Below are positions 1 to 10,135 of a stretch of 33,390 bases of DNA, piece by piece. Under the pieces are notes generated by a model. It was not told the DNA's origin. It did no database searches and saw only the letters and a program-made list of their open reading frames with translations. The stretch covers positions 186,001-219,390 of the forward strand of contig LVLI01000305.1 in assembly GCA_001687465.1 (NCBI GenBank), in the 5' to 3' direction. The DNA comes from Halocafeteria seosinensis. Its lineage: Eukaryota. How positions within the stretch are numbered: the stretch's first letter is position 1; each line of letters starts with the position of its first letter. The translations under genes were made by a program, and so were the position numbers.

Positions 1-33
1 TTAGCCCTTACGTAGTGGTGATTATAAATGCAG

Positions 34-1036
34 ATATCGCTGTAAAAAGAGTAAAGCTGAGCAAAGTACCGAGTTAGTTCATTTTCGGAACGAGGACGTG
101 CAGAGTGGTATGGAGATATCCATGCAAGATACGGTATTGTCTTGTTTGAAGGTGCGTATACACTGGGGTACTCGTTTTCAAAGTGGTGTTATATTCTACT
201 AGGAATGGGACAAACAGGGACATCGAATGGCTCGAAGTAGTCATGCCGTACTTCGAGGTAGTGGGTGCTGGTATTTTGAATTCGAAATACTACCTACACA
301 CTATAGAGTCCGCGAAAAGGTCAGCAGCGGAGATAAGACCAACGAGGCGAATTCAGCTCGCATTACTATGCAACAAATTGGTCAAGTTCGAGTGGGACTA
401 GCGACGAATAAAGCCGATGTGAACTGCTCAGTTGGGTTCGACGGTCATTCGTGGAGCATCAGAGGACAGAATGGCTCGAAAGTTCACCAGGGTGCTCGCA
501 TCCCTTACGGCGATCCTTTACGTAAGTTGTGTGTGTGTGCACATATATATATCAACAACCATTTTGTACGCGTATGTTTAATGGTACTTCCGTTGGCAGA
601 AGCTGGAGATGTTGTTGGTTGTGTACTCTTTGTAGGAGCCCCCGATTCCAATCACCACAACGAGGAGCAGTCGTTTGAGTGCAGTCTGACCGCATCAGAG
701 ACACCGTACCTACGGTTGAGCAACTCAGATACAGGGACTGTTCACTCCCACTCTAGAACATTGCCAGTTCGCTCTTATGTTAGGTTTTATATCAACGGCA
801 AAGATCAAGGGATTGCATTTGTGAATCTTACAGATGCACAAAAGTACTACGCAGCTGCTTCTTGCTACTTGGGTGGCAGTGTAAGATTGAACGGTGGTCC
901 CCACTTCACTTTTCCACCGCCGACCTACGAGAGTACGATAGTACATGCAGCGAGGATGGAGGACGGGTCCATAAACTACCAGAAGGATATATGGCCCCAG
1001 GTGTGGACACCTCTGAGTGACTCTAATACCGAGTAA
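34..1036 (+). CDS. ASH2L/Bre2-like SPRY-domain protein (COMPASS subunit), 5' part outside window
   Basis: Exons 34-151, 203-521, 600-1036 (GT-AG introns 152-202, 522-599). SPRY motifs GHRMARSSHAV..GCWYFEFEI, VRVGLA, VGFDGHSWSIR, PYGDPLQAGDVVGC, FYINGKDQGIAF, YYAAASCY..G.VRLNGGPHFTFPP. Confidence 0.75.
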
Positions 1037-1170
1037 ACGCGACATTTGTGCGTTTTATGTATTCATATGTTTGAAAGGATATCTGTTGCTAGTTGTCCCC
1101 TAGTCATTCCCGAGATCATCAAGAAAATATCGTAATTTACAATTTCATGTGTACTAACAGGTGTTAAAAC

Positions 1171-1871
1171 TTATGCTCCACGGCCAATGCCTCCACCTCT
1201 TCTGTAGTCACCACCACCGAACTTAGGACGGAACTCTCCTGAAGGAGCACCTTTATCACCGCGGCCAAAGCCACCACCGCGGCCTCCACCTTCTTGGCGT
1301 TCACCTCCAGGGCGGGCTGCTTTGGTTGTGGGCCTCATCAGAGTTGCCGGCTGGATTTCGCTAGGCAAAGCAAGGTAATTACGAAGGTATTCGATTCCTT
1401 CATCAGTGAGAAAGTAGTAAAACCAGCGCCAGTTGTAGATCAAACGGACGTATCCTCTGGAGTTTAATGACTTCATCACTTGCATCACATGCAGATTAGG
1501 TACCTTGCATTCTGCGTGGACCTCTTTGGAAGGGTCTTTCTTCACAGCAAGTGCTCCCTCTGCAAAAAAAATCCAACACCGACCGACGAAACGTGAGTTA
1601 TACCGATACTATAAGAAGAATCCAGGGTATGTCTGTCATGAAGATGCTGGTGGAATCATCGGCGATATTTACTCCGATTAATACCACTACGGAACGACTT
1701 GTGCCCTTGCCATCAACCCTCTTTTCTTTCCATCTTCGGCCGATTTCGCCGGCAAAAAGCTACCACCACTGGGACACATAGAGGCACACTACACGCTAGG
1801 GGAGTTTGCCATAACTTACCTCTAAAGAGGGTAGAGTAGATAGCTACCCAATGAGACTTCGGCATAAACAT
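1171..1871 (-). CDS. RPS10: 40S ribosomal protein eS10
   Basis: Exon 1 1871-1820, intron 1819-1560 (GTAAGT..TTTGCAG), exon 2 1559-1171. Protein MFMPKSHWVAIYSTLFREGALAVKKD..VPNLHVMQVMKSLNSRGYV..WRWFYYFLTDEGIEYLRNYLALPSEIQPATL with an RG-rich tail. Confidence 0.97.
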
Positions 1872-2664
1872 CTTGGTCTGCTTGTGGGGTGGGAAACAGT
1901 GAAGATTTCAATCAAATAAACGGACTCTCTCTATCTTCAATCTGCACAGATGAAACCATAATCAGTGAATAAACATATGGTGGAGAATTCGTATCGTATG
2001 GAAGAGCGTATGAAATGCATACAGAGGAACAAGATGGCTGGCCCCTGTTTCAGGGGGAAACGGTATCATGGTCACAGCCTCCCCTTTGTATCCCCCTTCC
2101 AGAAAACAACAAAAAGACCTGGTGCCGCTCACACCTCAATCAGACACAACCATCCCGGGCCTCAAGCCGCTCCCTCCATGGGACAGCTAAAAGAGCCTCA
2201 CCACGGAGAAACATGGAGAAATAACATACCTTCCTTTCCTCAAGGGTCTCGGGACCATCAAAACATTGTAAGGGACAGGTAAACGAGGACAAGCCTCCCA
2301 AAGGTCCTCCGAAATGGGTCTCACAAAAGATTGTTGTATTCTAACTCCAACTTCAAACACGGGTCCCGTGACGCGGAAGACAACGGTACCACAAAAGGGA
2401 CAAGGCGACTAACTTAAAGATTTGACGTTATTGCTGCGTCATAAAGGTGCACTTTTATTGAAAGCACTTGTGGAAACAGGATAGATGATGATTGACCATG
2501 TATCGGTGCTCGAGTACATGCACAGCTAGAGGGCCACATGTGGATGGATTGAGCCATAATACAAAGTATTGACCAGAAAGTTCATTGCATAAACTACGTC
2601 GAGCCTACCAGTTCTATAGACTACTCGATGCCGTAGTGCATTTCGTCAACGCGGATCTGTTCCA

Positions 2665-5600
2665 ATGTCTTCGTCCTCTGGAACCCCCAGCAGAGTGGAC
2701 ACACCTGAGCAGGATGCTCCTTCCTTCATTAGAATGGGATCATCCTCCAGAACCGCTTCATCATCCAGAGTAAAGCCATTGTCGAGATCACACACAAAAG
2801 AAACGCACCAATCCACCCTTCGCACGGCTAGCACTTCGCCGCCCGAAGACAAGGAAGAATCAGCAGGGGACGAAGACGCTTATTATTTTAGTGAGCCGGT
2901 ATGTGGTAAACTGTCCGGAAATGGTAGTGCTCGGCAGACCGTGGATATGGCAGTAACTCAGAGCTCTGGCTTTGATTGGACCAAGCGCTCATCCGAAAGC
3001 AAAGGGCAACCAGATTCGCGCCCGCCTACATCTCCATTGCGAACTAGGAAGACAGTGAGCTCGAAGATTTCCAGCGATTCCCTTCTTGAGAAATTAAACG
3101 CCCGGAGAAAAACGTTGAAACCAATTTCCTTAGTTAGGCTAAAGAACAGAACAATTGATGAAATTCGCGGTCAGAGGGAGCCAATTAAAGTCCCGCAGCA
3201 CCTTCAAGACAAGTATAATAAGTTTAACACTGAACGAGAACTCGTTCTTGCCTCAAGATGGGACATGCTGAAAAGCATTGTAAGTACAGTGTAAAACCCC
3301 AATGAACTTTCACACGTAATCTCTAACCAAAATCGTGGCGTTGCAGAGAACCAAAATTAAGGAACTGCCCAAAGCATTTGCCTGGAAAAATTTCATGCAT
3401 CAACTAACGCTTTATTGCGATAATAACATTGTCGATATAAATATTTTCAAGAACTGTGCAAAAGCGGTATACAAAGTTAGTGAGGCTTGGGTTCAAGACG
3501 AGCCCTACCAAATGGTCAGAATGAGGAAGTTGTCGTGGAAACACAAAGGCGCGGAAATAATGCAAGAGCTAGAAGAAATGTTTCCTATGTGGGCGATGGA
3601 AATTGGGGAAGGAGAATACATCCGTCGATTTCTGGACATTCGGGATCTAAAACTTGCCTGGCAGTAAGTCCTTTCAACCCGCTATCAATATTCCTGCTAC
3701 TCTGCTCTAACTGTATCATGCTGCGTTTCTTCAGCTTTTTTGCTGAAAAGGACAAAACTCTCTATATGTTGATTGAAGATGCCGTTAAAATCTTTGATAG
3801 AAAGGAACCATCCGTTGGAGAGCCGTGTATAGGTGCTGCGGAGATGGCTCGTGTGCTGGCCTTACCTATTGTCAAGTTGAACGATCTAGAAACGGTGTAC
3901 AAGCTAACTGGTAACGCATTTGCATCAAAACCGATTAAGCCCGCTGAACCTCGAAAAGTACTTTATACGAAAGATGGGATCAGACAAACTCTCTTGACTA
4001 GTGTCCTCTCGAGACTTTTTGTCTCAAGCTCTAATAGAGTGAACGGAATCCAACTTCTGCAAATTGAGTCAATGTACGCTCCTGTGCTGTGCAAGAAACT
4101 TGTAAAACGGCGCACTCAGCACTTCAACACGCGTAAAGCACTACGCTTCCGCTTGAAGCGGTATTGCGCTAGCACCATCAAGCAGTGGAAGAAAATGGTA
4201 TTCTTCCGCAAACTCTTAAGGAATACTATTAAGAAATTCGAATACAAAAGACTACAAAATTTTGCCCGGGATCTGCTATGGCAATGGAGTACGACTTCTC
4301 TTGAAACTAGAGTAGCAATAGCTGTGCAAAGTGCGTGGAGAGGAAGAAGAGTTCGAATCGCATTCTTCCGCGCCGCAAATGCGAGATTCTTAGCCGAACA
4401 ACTGGAACACTGGTGGCAATGGCATAAATTTGGCAGAGCAGAATACAGAGAAAAAGTAGAAAAGAACCGCGTAGCTATAGAAGTTCAAAAACTTGTTCGT
4501 GGCGTTTTGGCTAGAAAAGCGTTTATGCAACGGGGTTTGGCCGTCGATCCGCCAGTTGTCATCGCATTGCGTATTATGCTTAGACGTCGCGGAATCCCCC
4601 ACCCAGAGCCCCCACTAAAGATTATTCAAGGTTTCGCTCGTATTATTATTGCAAAGCGAAAAGCTAACAAGCTTCGGGAGATTCGAGATAAGAGAATAGC
4701 CCAAATGAATGAGGAGAATAGACTCATTCGGAAACAGGAGAAGAGACTTCGCAGAATGCAAAGCAATTTGGACAGGTACATCAAACAATGTCTACAAGAA
4801 CGAAATGAGAAACTCGCCGAAGAGAAGAAGAGACTAGAAACCAAGCAAAAGATGACTACGTTAGCAGCTGAGAGGAGGATGCGAAATCTGAAGAAAGAAA
4901 AAGAAGAGAGGAAGAACTCTTTTGAAGAGTCCAAGGTAAACCGGATCAAAGACCTGAAAGAAGAATGGAGTCGGGTAAACGCGGAAACACGAGTAAAGAT
5001 CGAAGAATACTGGACGAATATATTGTTTTACAAGAGACCTGAAGCGTCGGATCCCCGACGGGAAGAATATGACAAAGCGAAATATTCCTGGACAGGGAAG
5101 GCCGAAGAGTTGGCATTGGAAAGGCAAAACCATCCCGATATGAACGCCGTCGATGCAAAAAATTGGTTCATCAAGCAAAAGATCGACGAGGCGACCGCTC
5201 CTTGGGAAATCGAAATGGAGAAAAAGCGTTCTGAACTAACTAAACAACTTAGAAAAGAAGCTTTAGATTTGAAGAATAAGGAAGAGCAAGAAGAGAGGGA
5301 TTATATTAACCGACTAACAGAAATCAGAAACAACTTCTTCTCTGTTATTATTGATAGAGCGGAGTTCCTCCGATACTTAAAAAGGGTGTGGATCAAAGGT
5401 TATGATATTGAAAATCATGCGTTCTTCTGGTATCAGACTGAGACGCAGCGAACAACTTATGAGAAACCAATTTCGTTGGGGTGGTCAGACGTCGACATTC
5501 CCAGTCGCTGGGAAAGACATGTGTATCACAACGGACTGACATACTATTTCAACCCGGCTACTCACGAGTATTCCTTTGATCCTCCGGAAAACGCCGTGAT

Positions 5601-5754
5601 GTGTATCAATTGTGATCTGGAATTCGCGGTAGCACAATGTCAGCAAGGTTGCGGAGAGATGTGCTACAAGTGCTGGGCAATATTCCATGTAGACACTAAA
5701 GATCCAGAAATGAAAACTCATGTGTGGAAGGACTTCGACGGAGGTGCCGTATAA
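2665..5754 (+). CDS. Large IQ-motif/coiled-coil/WW/B-box-like zinc finger protein
   Basis: Three ORFs join in frame across introns 3280-3346 and 3664-3734. IQ motifs VQSAWRGRRVR, VQKLVRGVLAR, IQGFARIIIAK; WW-like PSRWERHVYHNGLTYYFNPATHEYSFDPP; C-terminal C-x2-C..C..C..C-x2-CW..H..H. Confidence 0.85.
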
Positions 5755-5835
5755 GAATTTCATAGTAAGCCGAGTGGGGAATCGGGGACTAGACACATGA
5801 GTTTTCCAGGCGATGGTGTTCGTCGTTAAGCAGCT

Positions 5836-6703
5836 TTACAAAACACCCGGAATAATGGCAAATGAAGCCAAGGAGGACGTATCAACGTTTTCCTGGTACC
5901 AAGCATGGTTTTTCCTGGCGGTGCAAGACAAGTTCACTATCACCCAAACAAGATTCAGAGATAGAAGCCAATGACCTGCTCCAACTAGTAGCAGCCCCAA
6001 GTAAATGAGAATCTCTGCTGAATAATGGGGAGAAGATACCAAGGAAAAGCACCAGTGATCAGGAAACGTGTACTTGGAAACCGTTCGCATTCTACCCGTC
6101 CTGAGTGAGGCCAAGTGACTGTGCAGTACAAACTGGAGACCGTTTCCCACCAGAAAACAAGCGATGCCGACTCCTCCGGAAGCAGGGTCCACGTGAGGCC
6201 TTAGAACACTGACGACAAAGTTGGTACAGTTGCAGACAAAGTAGTAGGCCATCCCACCGAGGTAGACAAGTATTGTCATCCGCGAAGAAGAAAATTCGTG
6301 AACCAATAGACATTCGTAGAGCCGTCGCAAGCTGTGCAAAGCATACAGAGTCGTCAAGATACAGTTGTACCTGTTTACACAACAGTATTCAGAAATAGCC
6401 AGCGACATTACGCTGGATAACACGTAAAAGTGGGTAAACCAACTTTTCCTTACGGTCCATGCAGCCTGCAAACCATGATACCACATAGCGACTGTACCAC
6501 ACAGCTCGTTCAGAAATAGCTCTTACTCGCTCGCGAGCGTCGTTTGCGGAGTCGTTAAAGGACTTATCATATCTCATAAAGGAAGGGATGAAATCGAATA
6601 GTATGAAGGTGGTGTAGAGGGCGATGGCCAACGTCCACGATAGCCCTAGGACATACTGTAGAAGCGAGAGCACATCCTTCTTGAGGAACTCTGCAGCGCA
6701 CAT
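5836..6703 (-). CDS. Polyprenol/polyprenal reductase (SRD5A3/DFG10, steroid 5-alpha-reductase family); start uncertain
   Basis: Exons 6703-6527 and 6465-5836 (intron 6526-6466). Motifs MRYDKS, VRKSWFTHFY, HSLRRLYECL, HSHLASLR, FSLVSSPHYSAEILIY, NLSCTARKNHAWY, AIIPGVL. Extra upstream exons are possible. Confidence 0.88.
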
Positions 6704-6939
6704 AGGTCACTTGTAACCAAATAAGATACAGGTGAGTAAATATACTGTTCGTTGGGTATTGAGATGGTCGCTCGCTCGGATTACTAAGCTCTTGCTTTAT
6801 GCAGTCGCGCAGGCGTGCTTCGGGCAAACGCGAATCATAGGATGAGGGTACAGGAATCGTACCTCCAGTTCCCTTTCTCCGAAGCAACGCATCTAGAAAG
6901 GAACTAAGAACGAACCACACCCACAATGAATGGCTGATT

Positions 6940-7115
6940 GTATGTATCTCTGCCTGAGCACTCAGTATTAGAAGATAGACTTCCTTCTACCAAGCCGCCT
7001 TTTTTGGGACGCAGAGAAAGGGGGTTCCTTTCCACCCGAGACAAAACTCAGTGCGGTGAGACAGAAGATACTATCCTCTCTCGTGTCACCTGCTGCGTCT
7101 GTATATCTCGGGAAC
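6940..7115 (-). ncRNA. Candidate intronic H/ACA-like two-hairpin RNA
   Basis: Hairpin (CCCGAGATA/TGTCTCGGG), then AAAGGA (fits ANANNA), then hairpin (TCTCTGC/GCAGAGA), then ACA, inside a 419-nt GTAAGT..TTTCTAG intron-like segment (7311-6893). Confidence 0.3.
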
Positions 7116-7429
7116 AGAAATGGATTCCTCCTGGTCAATGTTCGAATAAGTTTACGACCGGGGGCCAAGTTTCTCACAGCCCAGGTCAAGCTTTGCAATA
7201 TTCGAGTGAAACAATGCCCTCATTAGAATAATAAGAAAGAAGCACCGTGATGTTGATGTAAGCTTATCTTCATCGCGAGCTCGGTAGGACGACAGTGCTT
7301 CATGTACTTACCATGGACTGCCTCCATCATCTCATCGTTGCATTGCACCGAACAAGGACAAACGGGGTGGTAATCACACAAAAAATGGGTTTTATTATCC
7401 CCTCCTCGGCTGGTGTCACACTATCAAGA

Positions 7430-7556
7430 CTGATCATGTTAAGGCACAGGCACTGCCGGTCTGGCAGCACCACTCGGTCGCTGGTGCCGCGGCCCGCAGT
7501 AGATTCTTCGGGCTCCTTTGGTGATTCCGTGGTGAACTGATCCGTGTGAAGGATAC
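7430..7556 (-). other. Candidate U12-type (minor spliceosome) GT-AG intron
   Basis: Donor GTATCCTTC at 7556, branch TGCCTTAAC at 7446-7438, AG ending 8 nt later at 7430, no polypyrimidine tract. Confidence 0.55.
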
Positions 7557-7629
7557 CGGTACACTGTGGGTAAAGCCCAGAGAGGAAGGAAATGTGTATT
7601 TCAGTAAAAAGAAAAACATGAAACAATTT

Positions 7630-9611
7630 TTACATTGTCATGGCAGGCTCAATATTCTCTTTAGAAATCTCCTCATAGTACTGGTAGATAATCGTGACTG
7701 CTAGTAAAGCTCCTGTACCTGTCCCTACTGCGCCCAGGAAATCCGCAAAGATAGTCAAGGCCCCAATACACATGCCACCGAAAGCAGCAGCGGTGGGAAT
7801 GTAACGGTTTAATTCCGCCGTAATTGATTTCACTTCAGGTCGATGACCAACGATCATTAGCTCTTGGTCATGAAGCTGCTTGGCAACATCTTCAGCAGAA
7901 GATCCAGAAAATTGGATCCAATACTTCGAAAACATGGCACAAATGGATAAAATGAAAATCACGTAAAACAACGTGTGGAACGGGTCCTCTAAAACGTGCT
8001 GTACGGACTGAGGAGGAGACATATAGTACGCTAAACCACCAACTGGAATGCTTCCGCCGTTTTCAACATCTCTCCATCGCCCCAAAAGGCTAATGATAAA
8101 GTTTCCTTCAAAACGACGCCACAGCCATTGTGACAGGGAATATAAGTTAGACACAAGGGCCGTTTGTAAGATAATAGGCATGTTGGAGGTGTAGAAGAGC
8201 TTAATCGGATACGTCCTGGTAGTTGAGCCACGCATTTTTGCGCTCTTGATCGGAAGGTCAACTCGAAATCCCTGCGTTATACAACACAAAACAAAACGAA
8301 TCCAGTGAGAATATGTCGACAGTGGCGCCCTTTCCCTTCTACCAGAAACATACCTGGAAATATATCACAACCGAAAAGATGATGATAGTCGCCATTAAGT
8401 TAGTAACATTTGGCAAATCTTCCCGATAGAAGGCATCCTTCAGAGCCGCGAGTTTGTTGTCGTTCGTAATCAACTGATGAATCATGGCAACAATTGCACC
8501 TTCGAACTGAGCACCTCGGCCTCGGTTCATCGTAGTTGGGCTTAGAGATTTCCAAATGATGGTTTCGCAAACGTTTGTTGCAATGAACAGTGAGATACCG
8601 CTACCAATGCCGTATCCTTTTTGCAGCAATTCGTCTAGAAGAATAACGACCAAGCCAGCAACGAACAACTGAATCAAGAGAAGAATTGCGCGAATAGCTC
8701 CTAAATCATTGACATCACCGAATGTACCAGAAACAATAAACACAACTGCTTGTCCGACAGTCATCAAGATTGCAAGCAGTTTTTGTGCACCGTTGAATAG
8801 CGCCCTATCTCGAGGCAGGCGCTTGTCCACAGCGATGATTTTTGCACCATCCAGAACTTGCATTATCATTCCGGCAGTTACAATCGGAGAAATACCCAGT
8901 TCCATCAAAGTTCCCCTGCAAACGCAAGAATTCGGGAATGAAGTGGTTGCTACTTCCTTCTCATTTTCGTGTCAACCCTACCTGTTGGAAGCGAGGATGA
9001 CTCGCAAGAGGTACAGGGGATCCGCAGATTTGCTCGGCTTGATCCCATAGAGAGGAAGCTGACTCATGACCAAAAATATCAACAGCGCAATGATAGTGTT
9101 GAGCGCACGATTCTGGAAGCTGATCTGGCGAGGTGGCTTCTGCTTCACCTCCGGCAGAATCTTCGTCGCCGGCTCTACGATATCTAAGAGGCGCACTGCA
9201 TAATCAAGCCAAACCAAAAACCAACGTTGACCCAGATTTATTGCGTAATGTACTTGTCGAGTATCCCAATAAACAACAGACGACGGCCACCCCCTATGCT
9301 TTTTGTCATTTCTAGATAGGGGGTGGTAAAGGGGAAGCCTGGACCCTTGGACGTTGGCCCCTTTACCGCGCCCTCACACTACACGGTGGAAAACTCCAAT
9401 TTCCATACCCCGGAGGACAACAGCTGTTTCCCATCAAATTCCCATGGGAATATTTCACAAATAACACATGTGTTCCTTTTCTCCCATGTGTCAGCCATTG
9501 CACGTTCTACGTATTGACCGATCTTAAAGATCTGATTCCTTTTATCGTAGGTCTTCCCCTCTTGGTATATACAACCATGGCCACCACAAGGCAGAAGAGG
9601 TAGCACTTACT
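7630..9611 (-). CDS. SEC61A: Protein transport protein Sec61 subunit alpha
   Basis: Exons 9611 (A of ATG), 9195-8982, 8915-8354, 8271-7630. Motifs [91 protein letters not shown]. Confidence 0.97.
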
Positions 9612-10135
9612 TTTGTCGGGAGTGTTTTGTTATCAGGCCTCAGAGGAAAAGGTGAACCCAAGCGTCTCTGTATATACGATACCAAAGCGCCAAAAAGTGA
9701 AGCAAACCACTAATTCAGTCACAGACGACGAACAAGGTCCCTTCAGCAACTCATCAATAGCACACAACGTACCTATCTATACAATGAATGAGGTCAATCG
9801 GTCGGTCACCTCACCTATACTTTCTCTGCGTACGGATATGCGCCGAAGGAAGACTAAATGTTCCGGGACTCCAGCCCGGAACGGGTTAAGTTCCGGGGCC
9901 CGGGCCGTCCGGGATCGAGGAATCGAGGTGGCTGCTGAGACACTACGAAGCTGACCCAGGTGTGACCTTTTCAGTATGTATGTATGTGGAAACAATTGTT
10001 CGTACGACTAGAGGCTGAATTGTATCCGTGCTTTGGGAGTGAAGGTATGCGGCTGTGTAATTGTGATGACGGAGTGGAACTTGTGGTTGCTACTAACACA
10101 CCTACAACATTGAAACAAATGTGACATGACGAGTT

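Noticed and set aside
2485..2580. Box C (ATGATGA) snoRNA candidate
   Set aside because: No CTGA box D or terminal stem at a suitable distance.
8612..8620. Other GTATCCTT/GTATCCTC matches (about 8612, 22990, 24105, 28730, 29036)
   Set aside because: Antisense to genes, inside element debris, or without a paired U12 branch site; consistent with chance.
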